Shown in pieces: positions 38,425-48,221 of a DNA stretch of 64,000 nt. How positions within the stretch are numbered: the stretch's first letter is position 1; each line of letters starts with the position of its first letter. The notes beneath the pieces were generated by a model that was not told the DNA's origin, searched no databases, and saw only the letters and a program-made list of their open reading frames with translations. The position numbers and the translations under genes are program-made. Where the stretch lies: contig JAFATB010000002.1 of assembly GCA_019244185.1 (NCBI GenBank), forward strand, positions 1 to 64,000, in the 5' to 3' direction. The DNA comes from Acidobacteriota bacterium. Its GTDB lineage: Bacteria; Acidobacteriota; Thermoanaerobaculia; Gp7-AA8.

Positions 38425-39495
38425 CTACGGCAGAAAGTGCGCCGCGAGCTGCTGCGCGTCCTTCTCGCCGATGCGCGCGAACGAGAGATTGCCGAGGATC
38501 ACCACGCCGATGTTTTCGCGCGGATAGACCAGCACGAACGCGCGTCCGCCGACGGCGTCGCCGCCGTGATGCACGTACGCGCGGCCGCGGTCGTCCGTCG
38601 CGAGACGCCACGCCAGTCCGACGTTCGTCTCCTTGCCCGCCGACGTTTTGCCCGACGTGAAGAGGAGCGTGCGCGTCGCCGGCGGCAACGCGAGCACGCC
38701 GCTCACGAACCGCGCGAGATCGCCGGCGGTCGACAGATACGCACCCGACGGAATGCGATCGCTCAGATCGACGGCCGGCGACTCCGAGAGCGCGCCCTTG
38801 TCGTCGCGGTCGTAGAACTTCACGACGCGCGCGTTCGCGGGCGGCTCGCGGAACGTGTGGCGCATGCCGAACGGCCGCAGCACTTCGCGCGCGAGCAGCT
38901 CGTCGAACGGCGTCTTCGTCGCGCGTTCCAGCGCGGCGCCGAGGAGGTTGTAGCCGTAGCTCGAGTACGTGTATTTCTCGCCGGGCGCGGCGACGAGCGG
39001 GTCGTTGATGAACTTGGGCAGCGCCGCGGATACGCCGTCGTAGTGCTGCGTGTTCATGTAATCCGAACGGCCGTAGTGGCGGATGCCGGAGAGATGCTGC
39101 GCGAGCTGCCCGAGGGTGATGTTCGCGTTGGTGAGCTCGGGCACGTAGCGGCTTGCGGGATCGTCGAGATGCACGACGCCGCGCGCGACGAGCTTCGCGA
39201 AGAGCGTGGCTGTCAGGAGTTTCGTCACGCTGCCGATGCGAAAGTCGGTGTCGATCGTTACCGGCGCATTCGTCGCGATGTCGGCGGCGCCGATCGCATC
39301 CGACCAGACCATCCGCTTGCCGCGTACGACGGCGATCGCGAGACCCGGCGCGTGGCTGTTCGCCGCGAGCTGCACCCCGTCCTGATGCGCCGCGGCGGCG
39401 GACGTCGCGGGAACCGCCGCGGTGGCGCAGTGTTGCATGCAGACGATGAGCGCGAGTGCGAGGGCAGGGATCGACCGTCGTGTCGAGTTCAGCAC
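38425..39495 (-). CDS. Serine hydrolase, beta-lactamase class C-like
   Basis: FRIGSVTK (SxxK), YSSYGY, HHGG; signal peptide. Confidence 0.9.
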   Translation of the reverse strand: MLNSTRRSIPALALALIVCMQHCATAAVPATSAAAAHQDGVQLAANSHAPGLAIAVVRGKRMVWSDAIGAADIATNAPVTIDTDFRIGSVTKLLTATLFAKLVARGVVHLDDPASRYVPELTNANITLGQLAQHLSGIRHYGRSDYMNTQHYDGVSAALPKFINDPLVAAPGEKYTYSSYGYNLLGAALERATKTPFDELLAREVLRPFGMRHTFREPPANARVVKFYDRDDKGALSESPAVDLSDRIPSGAYLSTAGDLARFVSGVLALPPATRTLLFTSGKTSAGKETNVGLAWRLATDDRGRAYVHHGGDAVGGRAFVLVYPRENIGVVILGNLSFARIGEKDAQQLAAHFLP

Positions 39496-39569
39496 GCAGC
39501 TGATTACGCAGGAGACGCCGCGCGCGTTGCGGTTTGTCAGAAATCCGCTTTCGGATAAAGTCGCGCGCC

Positions 39570-40082
39570 ATGATTCTGAGACCGCACGGCGGCAAGCAGC
39601 CGCGCCTCGGCGAGCGCGTGTTCGTCGCGGAAACCGCGGCCGTCATCGGCGACGTCGAGATCGGCAACGACTGCTCGATCTGGTACGGCACCGTGCTGCG
39701 CGGCGACGTGCACTTCATCCACATCGGCTCGCGCACGAACATCCAGGACAACACCGTGCTCCACGTGACGACGAACGAGTGGCCGACGATCATCGCCGAG
39801 GAAGTGACGATCGGGCATGGAGCGATCGTGCATGGATGTACCGTGCGGCGAGGCGCGCTGATCGGAATGGGCTCGCGCGTGCTCGACGGCGCGGTCGTCG
39901 GAGAATCCGCGCTCGTCGGCGCCGGCGCGCTCGTGCCGCCGGGCATGCACGTGCCGCCGCGCACGCTCGTCGTCGGCGTCCCCGCGCGCGTCGTCCGTCC
40001 GCTGAAGGACGACGAGCTCGAACATCTCGAAGCATCGTGGAAGCATTACGTCGACATCAAGGAAAGCTACCTCGCACAATGA
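39570..40082 (+). CDS. Gamma carbonic anhydrase family (YrdA-like)
   Basis: Hexapeptide repeats; VLRGDV, NIQDNTVLH, GHGAIVHGC. Confidence 0.93.
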   Translation: MILRPHGGKQPRLGERVFVAETAAVIGDVEIGNDCSIWYGTVLRGDVHFIHIGSRTNIQDNTVLHVTTNEWPTIIAEEVTIGHGAIVHGCTVRRGALIGMGSRVLDGAVVGESALVGAGALVPPGMHVPPRTLVVGVPARVVRPLKDDELEHLEASWKHYVDIKESYLAQ

Positions 40083-41821
40083 CTCGCGTTTTCGCCGGAT
40101 CTCTTCGCAAGGACCACGTCGGTCAAACCGTTACGCTCAACGGCTGGGTGCAGAAGCGCCGCGACTTCGGTGAGCTGATCTTCATCGATCTCCGCGACCG
40201 CGGCGGCATCTGCCAGGTCGTCGTCGACCGCGAGCGAGGCGCGTCCGCCGACGTCGTCGCCGCGGCGAAGGAACTGCGCGGCGAATTCGTCGTGCGCATC
40301 GAAGGCGAGGTCTTCGAGCGCGCGGACGCGCAGAAGAACGCCAAGCTGCCGACCGGCGACGTCGAAGTCGTCGCGAAGGTCGTGACCATTCTCAACCGCG
40401 CCGACACGCCGCCGTTCGCGATCGAAGACGACACCGACGCCGCCGAAGAGCTGCGCCTGCAGTATCGCTATCTCGATCTGCGCCGGCCGTCGCTCGCGGG
40501 CAATCTCGTGCTGCGCTCGAAGATGCTCACCGCGACGCGCAACTATTTCGACGGCCTCGGATTCATCGAAGTCGAGACGCCGATCCTCACGAAGTCGACG
40601 CCCGAAGGCGCGCGCGACTACCTCGTGCCGAGCCGCGTGCACAAGGGCGAGTTCTACGCGCTGCCGCAGTCGCCGCAGATCTTCAAGCAGCTCTGCATGG
40701 TCGCGGGACTCGAGCGCTACTTCCAGATCGCGCGCTGCTTCCGCGACGAAGACCTGCGCCGCGACCGCCAGCCGGAGTTCACGCAGATCGACGTCGAGTG
40801 CTCGTTCATCGACGAAGAGTTCATCTATGCGCTGATGGAGGGACTGTTCGAGAAGATCTTCCCGCTCGCCGGCATCGCCGTGACGACGCCGTTCCCGCGC
40901 ATGACGTGGCAGGAGGCGATGGACCGCTTCGGCATCGACCGCCCCGACACGCGCTTCGGCATGGAGCTCGTCGACATCACCGATGCCGCGAAGACGACCA
41001 GTTTCGAGCCGTTCAAAGCCGCGGCGACCGTGCGCGCGATCGTGGTGCCGGGCGGCGCGTCGTTCTCGCGCAAGCGCATCGACGAGCTGACGGAAGACGC
41101 GAAGAAGCTCGGCGCGAGCGGCCTGGTGTGGATCAAGTTCGACGCGCAGCGCGGCTCGTCGATCAAGAAGTTCCTCGACGACGCGGCGTTCGACGCGCTG
41201 CGCGCCGCGTTGCATGCGAACGAGAACGATCTCGCGCTCGTCGTCGCCGGGAAGCAGACCGTCGTGTGGGACGTGCTCGCGAATCTGCGGCTGCGCGTCG
41301 CGCGTGACGAGAAGCTGATCCCCGACGATCGCTGGGACTTCCTCTGGGTCACCGACTTTCCGCTGTACGAATGGGACGACGAGTCGCAGCGCTTTTTCGC
41401 GCGACACCATCCGTTCACCTCGCCGCGTCCCGAGCACCTCGAGCTCCTCGACAGCGATCCCGGCGCGGTGCTCGCGCGCGCGTACGACGTCGTGCTCAAC
41501 GGCATCGAACTCGGCGGCGGTTCGATCCGCATCAATCAGCCCGACGTTCAGCAGCGGATGTTTCAGGCTCTCGGCATCAGCGCCGAGGATGCGCAGGCGC
41601 GGTTCGGCTTCCTCATCGACGCGTTCCGCTACGGTGCGCCACCGCACGGCGGCATCGCGCTCGGCGTCGATCGGCTGGCGATGCTCATGTCGCGTTCCGA
41701 GTCGCTGCGCGACGTGATCGCGTTCCCGAAGACCGCGCGCGCGCAGGACCTCATGTGCGCGGCGCCGTCGGACGTCGACGCGAAGCAGCTCGACGAGTTG
41801 GGGATCGCGCTGAAGCGATGA
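40079..41821 (+). CDS. aspS: Aspartate--tRNA ligase
   Basis: FIDLRD, RYLDLRR, TPEGARDY, LPQSPQ, CFRDED, HHPFT, PPHGGIALG. Confidence 0.97.
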   Translation: MTRVFAGSLRKDHVGQTVTLNGWVQKRRDFGELIFIDLRDRGGICQVVVDRERGASADVVAAAKELRGEFVVRIEGEVFERADAQKNAKLPTGDVEVVAKVVTILNRADTPPFAIEDDTDAAEELRLQYRYLDLRRPSLAGNLVLRSKMLTATRNYFDGLGFIEVETPILTKSTPEGARDYLVPSRVHKGEFYALPQSPQIFKQLCMVAGLERYFQIARCFRDEDLRRDRQPEFTQIDVECSFIDEEFIYALMEGLFEKIFPLAGIAVTTPFPRMTWQEAMDRFGIDRPDTRFGMELVDITDAAKTTSFEPFKAAATVRAIVVPGGASFSRKRIDELTEDAKKLGASGLVWIKFDAQRGSSIKKFLDDAAFDALRAALHANENDLALVVAGKQTVVWDVLANLRLRVARDEKLIPDDRWDFLWVTDFPLYEWDDESQRFFARHHPFTSPRPEHLELLDSDPGAVLARAYDVVLNGIELGGGSIRINQPDVQQRMFQALGISAEDAQARFGFLIDAFRYGAPPHGGIALGVDRLAMLMSRSESLRDVIAFPKTARAQDLMCAAPSDVDAKQLDELGIALKR

Positions 41822-41825
41822 CGCG

Positions 41826-42860
41826 ATGACGCCGTTCCTCGTCATCCGCCAGTCGAGCGACTATCCGGTCTACGTCGAACGCGGCGCGCTCGATCGCGTC
41901 GGCGAGGCCGTGCGTCCGCGCGGGCGCGTCTTCGTCATCACCTCGCACGCGCTGCGCGAGCGTTTCGGCATGCGCGTCGCGCGCTCGTTTCGCGACGCCG
42001 AGATCCTGACGATCGAAGAAGGGGAGGCGAACAAGACCCTCGCGACGGCGAACGACGTCGTCACGCAGCTCCTCGACCGCGGCGCACGCCGCGACGCGAT
42101 GGCGGTGGTCGTCGGCGGCGGCATGCTCGGCGACACGGCCGGCTTCGCGGCGTCGATCTATTTGCGCGGCATCGATCTCGTGCACGTGCCGACGACGCTG
42201 CTCGCGCAGGTCGACAGCTCGATCGGCGGCAAGCTCGCCGTCAACCACGAGAAGGGCAAGAACCTCATCGGCAGCTTCTATCCGCCGCGCGCCGTCGTCA
42301 GCGATCTCGAGGTGCTCGACACGCTGCCGCCGCGCGAGCGGCTCTCCGGCTTGTACGAGGCGCTGAAAGGCGGCGTGATCGGCGATCCGCTGCTCTTCGA
42401 GCGGTTCGAAGGCGATGCGTTCGATCTCGACGCAGTCGTCCGCGCGGCGATCCGCGTCAAAGCGGAGATCGTCTCCGCCGACGAACGGGAGGCCGACCTG
42501 CGGCGGCTGCTCAACTACGGCCACACGATCGCCCACGGCATCGAGGCCGCGCTGCACTACGAAGGACTCACGCACGGTGAGGCCGTCGCGTGGGGGATGA
42601 TCGGCGCGAACGCGATCGCCGTGCGCCGCGGGCTCCTCGCGCGAGACGAAGCGGCGCGCATCGAGCGAGCCATCCGCAAGTACGAGCCGTCGCCGCTGCC
42701 GAAGCTCGATCGGCGCGACATCCTCGCCGCGACCGAGCACGACAAGAAGAACACCGGCACCGCGCGGGTGATGGTGTTCCCGCGCAAAGTTGGCGAGTGC
42801 GTGGTGGTGAGCGACGTGACGGAAGACGAGATCGCGTACGGGATCGACGCGATTCTCTAG
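41826..42860 (+). CDS. aroB: 3-dehydroquinate synthase
   Basis: GGGMLGD, RGI, PTTLLAQVDSSIGGK, KNLIG, LNYGHT, HGEAV. Confidence 0.96.
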   Translation: MTPFLVIRQSSDYPVYVERGALDRVGEAVRPRGRVFVITSHALRERFGMRVARSFRDAEILTIEEGEANKTLATANDVVTQLLDRGARRDAMAVVVGGGMLGDTAGFAASIYLRGIDLVHVPTTLLAQVDSSIGGKLAVNHEKGKNLIGSFYPPRAVVSDLEVLDTLPPRERLSGLYEALKGGVIGDPLLFERFEGDAFDLDAVVRAAIRVKAEIVSADEREADLRRLLNYGHTIAHGIEAALHYEGLTHGEAVAWGMIGANAIAVRRGLLARDEAARIERAIRKYEPSPLPKLDRRDILAATEHDKKNTGTARVMVFPRKVGECVVVSDVTEDEIAYGIDAIL

Positions 42861-43891
42861 GCCACTCGCTTCACCGGCAGCCGCAGCACCATCGACGTCC
42901 CCACGCCTTCGATCGACGCCACGCTCACCTCGCCGCCGTGCGCCTCGATGACCTGTTTGACGATGTAGAGGCCGAGTCCCGTGCCGCCGCCGCCGCGCAG
43001 CGACTTGTTGCCGCTCTGCTTGTACTTTTCGAAGATCGTCTGCAACTGATCGGGCTTGATGCCCATCCCCGTGTCCGTCACCGTGATGACGATCGCCTCG
43101 GGCGCATCGCCGTTGCGCACGATCTGCGCGCCGACGGAGATCAGCCCTTTTTTCGGCGTGAACTTCAGCGAGTTCGAGATGAGGTTGATCACCGCCTGCG
43201 TCAGCTTCTCCACGCTGCCGATGATCTGCGGCACGTCGCGGCCGTGCGCGGTGAGGAGGAAGACCTCGTCGCGCGAGGCGACCTGCTGGAGGCTGCGCAC
43301 CGCGCGCTTCAGCACACCGGCCACGCGCACCGGCTCGGTCTCGACTGTGAAGCTGCCCGACTGGATCTTCGAGAAATCGAGAATCTCGTTGATGAGATTC
43401 ATCATCCGCTCGGACTCGCGCTGCGCTTCCTGCAGGAGGTCGGAGTAGATCGAGTCGAGCTTCGTCCCTTCCTGCGCGAGCACGAACTCCAGCGTGCCCT
43501 GGATGCCCGAGAGCGGCCCGCGGAGGTCGTGGACGATCTGCGCGGTGAAGTCCGACTTCGCCTGTTCCGCCTCGCGCTGGCTCGTGACGTCGTCGAACGA
43601 CAGCGCCACGCCGCGGAGGTCGGCCTCGTCGACGCGCAGGATGCGGTCGATGCGGTAGACGCGGCCTTCGATCTCGACGTCGGTCGACTTCTGTTCGTCG
43701 CCGTCGAGAAAGAACCCCTGCAGCCAGCCGCGCTCGCCCGCGACCGCGCGCGCGGCCTCGTTGAGCCACTGCGCCGCGTCGTCGCCGAAGATCGTTTCGA
43801 AGGCGCGGTTGCGATAGCCGATCGTGCCCGCTTCCGTGACGACGGCGATGGCGCTCGGCAGCTTGTCGAGCAGCGAGATGGCGAAGCTCAT
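42857..43891 (-). CDS. Cytoplasmic sensor histidine kinase (PAS-like + HisKA + HATPase)
   Basis: HDLRGPL, NLISNSLKF, DTGMGI, GTGLGL; no TM segment. Confidence 0.93.
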   Translation of the reverse strand: MSFAISLLDKLPSAIAVVTEAGTIGYRNRAFETIFGDDAAQWLNEAARAVAGERGWLQGFFLDGDEQKSTDVEIEGRVYRIDRILRVDEADLRGVALSFDDVTSQREAEQAKSDFTAQIVHDLRGPLSGIQGTLEFVLAQEGTKLDSIYSDLLQEAQRESERMMNLINEILDFSKIQSGSFTVETEPVRVAGVLKRAVRSLQQVASRDEVFLLTAHGRDVPQIIGSVEKLTQAVINLISNSLKFTPKKGLISVGAQIVRNGDAPEAIVITVTDTGMGIKPDQLQTIFEKYKQSGNKSLRGGGGTGLGLYIVKQVIEAHGGEVSVASIEGVGTSMVLRLPVKRVA

Positions 43892-44295
43892 TGCGGCACC
43901 GTGATGGCGCGCTCCTGCTGCAGCTTCGCCAGAATGAACAGCGTCGTGAACGGATCGAACGGACTGAGGATGAGCAGCTTCTGCAGATCGAGCCGGCCGT
44001 CGATGAGCGACACGAGATAGCCTTCCTGCGCGTTGAGATTGAAGCGGTCGAAGTTCGAGAGGAACTCGGCGCTCAGCTTCGGCACCGCCTGCATGCCGCG
44101 CGGATGCGCGAGCAATTCGCGCACGATCGCGTTGCGCACGAGCTCCACGTAGCCGCGCAGCGAGAGGTCGTCGGGATAGACGCGCCGCGCCTCGAGCAGC
44201 TTCGCGTACGTGTGCCACGGCCCGTTGTGCTTCAGCGAGTCGCCGACCAGCCGGCTCCAGTCCGGATGGGGAGGCGCGATGGGGTTCGCGGACAT
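43888..44295 (-). CDS. Hypothetical protein with probable C-terminal winged-helix-like segment
   Basis: 135 aa; LNAQEGYLVSLIDG...L..L..L pattern; ATGA overlap with the kinase. Confidence 0.75.
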   Translation of the reverse strand: MSANPIAPPHPDWSRLVGDSLKHNGPWHTYAKLLEARRVYPDDLSLRGYVELVRNAIVRELLAHPRGMQAVPKLSAEFLSNFDRFNLNAQEGYLVSLIDGRLDLQKLLILSPFDPFTTLFILAKLQQERAITVPQ

Positions 44296-44366
44296 TGCGA
44301 TCGATTTTATCCTGAGGCGCGGAGTCGCGAGCGGATCTCGGCGCGGGCTCAGGATAAACTGAGCGC

Positions 44367-46796
44367 GTGACCGAGCTCGTTCCGCAAGCCCCGCCGCGCT
44401 CGCGCCGCGCGCGCCTGCTCCTGCTGCTCGTCGCCGCGCTGCTCGGCGTTCCGGCGGGCTTTCTCTTCGCGCACGCCGTGCGCGTGCCCGCGGTCCGCAA
44501 GCTCATCGACTATCAGCCGGCTATCATCACGCGCATCTACGACCGCAACGGACTGCCGTTCGCGGAGTACTCGATCCAGCGCCGCATCGTCGTGCCGAAG
44601 CGCGAGATGTCGCAGAACTTCGTCAACGCCGTCGTCGCCACCGAAGACGCCGATTTCTACAAACACGGCGGCGTCGATCCGAAAGCGATCATCCGCGCCG
44701 CGATCAAGGACGTCATCGAACGCCGCCGCGCGCAGGGCGCGTCGACGCTGACGCAGCAGCTCGCCAAGCAGGTCTTCCTCACGCCCGAGAAGACGCTGCG
44801 CCGCAAGATCAACGAGGTCTTTCTCGCCGTGCAGATCGAGAAGGACTTCACCAAAGACCAGATCTTCGAGCTCTACGCGAATCAGGTCTACCTCGGCCAC
44901 GGCGCGTACGGCATCGAAGCCGCCTCGCGCCTCTACTTCGGCAAGCACGCGAAAGATCTCTCGATCGCCGAGGGCGCGACCATCGCCGCGCTCATCCGCT
45001 CGCCGATGTTCTACAGCCCGATCTCGCATCCGGATCGCGCGAAGATGCGCCGCGACTATGTGCTGAGCCGCGAGCTGAAGGAAGGCTTCATCACGCGCCA
45101 GCAGTATCAGCAGGCCGTGTCGACGCCGCTCATTCTCGGCACGTATAAAGAAGAGGCTCCGCGCGTCGGCGCGTACTTCGCCGAAGAGATCCGGCAGTAC
45201 ATCGAGAAGAACGAGAAGTTCGGCGTCGAGAACCTCTACCAGCGCGGGCTCAAGGTCTACTCGACGCTCGACCTGCGCATGCAGCAAGCCGCCGAAATCG
45301 CGCTCCAGCGCGGCTTACGCCGGTTCGACAAACGCCGCGGCTTCCGCAAGCCCTCGCGCAACCTCGTCGCGGAAGGACTCGATCCCGAAACGTGGCGCGA
45401 TCCGAGCTGGAGCAGCGAGCCGTACACCGTCGATCGTCTCTATCCCGCGGTCGTGCTCGCGGTGGGGAAGGATCGCGTCACCGTGCGCGTCAACCGCGAC
45501 CGCATCGACCTCGACCCCGAGTCGTGGAAGTGGACCACGAAGAAGACGCTCGACGGCGTCGTCAAACGCGGCGATCTCGTCTACGTCCTGCAGAGCGAGA
45601 ACGAGAAGACCAAAGCGCGCAAGTGGATGCTCGACCAGATGCCGGTCGTGCAGGGCGCGATCGTCGCCATCGACGTGAAGAGCGGCGAGATCCGAGCGCT
45701 CGTCGGCGGCTACGACTTCCAGATGTCGAAGTTCAACCGCGCCGTGCAGTCGCGGCGGCAGACCGGCTCGTCGTTCAAGCCGTTCGTCTACGGCGCCGCG
45801 TTCGAGAAAGGACTCACGCCGGCCGACACGCTCTTCGACGCGCCGATCGCGATTCCCGTGGGAAATCAGACGTACGCGCCGAAGAACTACTACGGCAAGT
45901 ACGCCGGCATCGTCACGATCCAGCGCGCGCTCGAGCTGTCGATCAACGTGCCCGCGGTGAAGACGTACATGATGGCCGGCGGCGACCGCGTGGTCGACTT
46001 CGCGCGCCGCTGCGGCATCACCTCCGATCTTCCGAAGTATCCGTCGCTGGCTCTCGGCGCCGCGGGCGTCTCGCCGGTGGAGATGACGGCCGCGTACAAC
46101 GTCTTCATCAACAACGGCGTCTACGTCAAGCCACGCTACATCCGGAAGATTGCCGACCAGACCGAGCGCGCGCTCGACGAGCCGCTGTCCGAGCTCTCCG
46201 AGGCCACCTCGCCGCAGGTCGCGTTCGAGCTGGCGTACATGCTCAAGGGCGTCATCGATCGCGGCACGGGCTACGCGGCGCATACGCTCGCGCCGCCGCT
46301 CGCGGGGAAGACCGGCACCACGAACGGCTACACGGACGCGTGGTTCATCGGCTTCACGCCGGAGTACACGATCGGCGTCTGGACCGGCTACGACGATCCG
46401 TCGAAGTCGCTCGGCGGCGGCGCGACCGGCGCCGAAGTCGCGCTGCCGATCTGGATCGACGTCGAGAAACAGCTGGAGACGCTCAAGCTGCGGACGCCGA
46501 AGCCGGAGTTCGAGCCGCCCGCGGGGGTCGTGGTCGTGCCGATGGATCTCTACAGCGGACGCCGCGGCGCGGGTCCGTGCAGCCGCGTCGTCAACCAGGC
46601 ATTCGTCGCGGGCCAGGAGCCGGACAAGGACTGCAGCGGCGCCAGCGTCGAGGTCAGTAAACTACCGTACTACCTGCAGCGACCGTTCTATCAGCCGAAG
46701 GAAGCGGAGCCGACCCAGGCCGCGAACGACGCGTCGGCGCGCACGGGCGAGGGCGCGGAGTCGCCCGCGCCGAACACCGACACCAGCGGGCACTAA
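44367..46796 (+). CDS. Class A penicillin-binding protein (PBP1A family)
   Basis: EDADFYKHGG, GASTLTQQ, RKINE; transpeptidase SSFK, SIN, KTG. Confidence 0.95.
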   Translation: MTELVPQAPPRSRRARLLLLLVAALLGVPAGFLFAHAVRVPAVRKLIDYQPAIITRIYDRNGLPFAEYSIQRRIVVPKREMSQNFVNAVVATEDADFYKHGGVDPKAIIRAAIKDVIERRRAQGASTLTQQLAKQVFLTPEKTLRRKINEVFLAVQIEKDFTKDQIFELYANQVYLGHGAYGIEAASRLYFGKHAKDLSIAEGATIAALIRSPMFYSPISHPDRAKMRRDYVLSRELKEGFITRQQYQQAVSTPLILGTYKEEAPRVGAYFAEEIRQYIEKNEKFGVENLYQRGLKVYSTLDLRMQQAAEIALQRGLRRFDKRRGFRKPSRNLVAEGLDPETWRDPSWSSEPYTVDRLYPAVVLAVGKDRVTVRVNRDRIDLDPESWKWTTKKTLDGVVKRGDLVYVLQSENEKTKARKWMLDQMPVVQGAIVAIDVKSGEIRALVGGYDFQMSKFNRAVQSRRQTGSSFKPFVYGAAFEKGLTPADTLFDAPIAIPVGNQTYAPKNYYGKYAGIVTIQRALELSINVPAVKTYMMAGGDRVVDFARRCGITSDLPKYPSLALGAAGVSPVEMTAAYNVFINNGVYVKPRYIRKIADQTERALDEPLSELSEATSPQVAFELAYMLKGVIDRGTGYAAHTLAPPLAGKTGTTNGYTDAWFIGFTPEYTIGVWTGYDDPSKSLGGGATGAEVALPIWIDVEKQLETLKLRTPKPEFEPPAGVVVVPMDLYSGRRGAGPCSRVVNQAFVAGQEPDKDCSGASVEVSKLPYYLQRPFYQPKEAEPTQAANDASARTGEGAESPAPNTDTSGH

Positions 46797-46844
46797 CGCG
46801 CACGGCGCGCCACAAATCGCATCGCGTCGTGTCTTCCCATTGCG

Positions 46845-47506
46845 ATGCGACTTCGCGTGGGACTGGTCGTGCTGCTTCCTCGGCGGCGGCGTCGTGCTGC
46901 TCTACCTCGCGCTGAACCACACCGGACATCTGACGCGCGACGACGTCCTTCTCAGCGTCGGCTGCAGCGTGCTGCAACTGGTCGCGACCGTCGGCTTCAT
47001 CGACACGCTGATGGAGCGCCAGCGCCGCGCCGGCGAATACGAGGAGATCGCTTGGCAGATGCTGCACGACATCGAGGCCGTGGTCTGGGTCTGGCTCGGC
47101 GGCTCGCGACACTTTGATATCAATGAGCTCGTGGGGTCTGCTGCGCGACGTGAAGGACGCCGACCGCCCCGAGCCGTTCACCGTCAACGGCTTCATCTCC
47201 CTCGGCGCGCGCGCCGACTACACGCTGCGCACGCGTCCGCGCCACATGCGCCACGCCCCGCAATTGCGCAAGGGACTGCACGCCGTGGTGTCGCTCGCCG
47301 CGATTCGCGATCACGAAAGCATCGCCCTCTCCGCCTCCGCCCCGAAGACGCCCACAGGGATGGCCACCGCGCTGCTCGACGCCACGCTCTCCATCGCCGC
47401 CTGCGTCGACCTCCGCCCGACCGAGCTCTCCGGCGTGACGTACGAAACCGACGCCGCCGCGGCGCGGCAACGGTTTCGCGAACGCGGCGAGCGGAACGAG
47501 GAGTGA
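46845..47506 (+). pseudogene. Hypothetical 2-TM protein interrupted by two frameshifts
   Basis: A coherent protein MRLRVGLVVL|FLGGGVVLLYL...FDINELVG|LLRDVKDAD...NEE needs one extra base removed at ~46875 and one in GGGG 47133-47136. Confidence 0.6.
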
Positions 47507-47570
47507 GGCGGCGCGGCGGTGGCAACCTTAGGCAGTGGTCAATACGTCCCGACCGAGGTACGATCGAGCC

Positions 47571-47828
47571 ATGGCGCGCGCGCAATCGAAGCTGACGGCA
47601 CAGAGCGAGATCGCCGTTCCCGCGGAAATCCGGCGCAAGCTCGGAATCGGGCCGGGATCGATCGTCGAATGGGAACAGGACGGCGAACTCGTCTTCGTGC
47701 GCCGTGCCGGCCGCTATTCCTTCGAAGACGTTCATCGAGCGCTGTTCGGCGGTCAACCGCCCGAGAAAAGCGTGGACGTGAAGGCGACCATCGCGAAGCA
47801 CATCCGCGCCAAGCATGCGCGCCGTTGA
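47571..47828 (+). CDS. AbrB/MazE-family antitoxin (VapB-like)
   Basis: SKLTAQSEIAVPAEIRRKLGIGPGSIVEW AbrB motif; overlaps the PIN gene. Confidence 0.88.
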   Translation: MARAQSKLTAQSEIAVPAEIRRKLGIGPGSIVEWEQDGELVFVRRAGRYSFEDVHRALFGGQPPEKSVDVKATIAKHIRAKHARR

Positions 47829-48194
47829 CACGACGTCCTCGTGCGGCTCGTGACGCGCGACGATGCGAGGCAAGTCGCGCTCGCCGAAGCATTCGTAGAA
47901 CCGGGAGCATGGGTGCCACAGCTGGTACTCGCCGAGACCGTGTGGGTTCTCGAAACCGCTTATCACCTGAAACCCGGCCAGCTCATCGCCGGCATCGAGA
48001 AACTGCTCGGTCTCGCGCAGTTGACGCTGCAGGACGCAGACGCTGTCGTTGCGGCGCTCGAGTCCTATCGTCGGCAGCCCGCCCTCGGATTTTCTGACTG
48101 TCTGGTGCTGGCGATCGCACGCAAGTCGGGACATCTGCCGCTCGGCACGTTCGATCGAACGCTCGGTAAGCTCGACGGCGCACAGCGGCTTTAG
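47815..48194 (+). pseudogene. PIN-domain toxin (VapC-like) with a 1-nt deletion near the start
   Basis: ATG CGC GCC GTT GAC ACG AC GTC CTC GTG restores MRAVDT[N]VLVRL with one added A; downstream VLAETVWVL, GFSDCL, TFD. Confidence 0.85.
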
Positions 48195-48221
48195 CGGCGA
48201 TGGCACAATGCGGCGCGCCGC

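Noticed and set aside
38425-39495. Bona fide beta-lactam resistance gene
   Set aside because: Generic serine-hydrolase motifs (YSS, HHG) rather than the AmpC YxN/KTG set.
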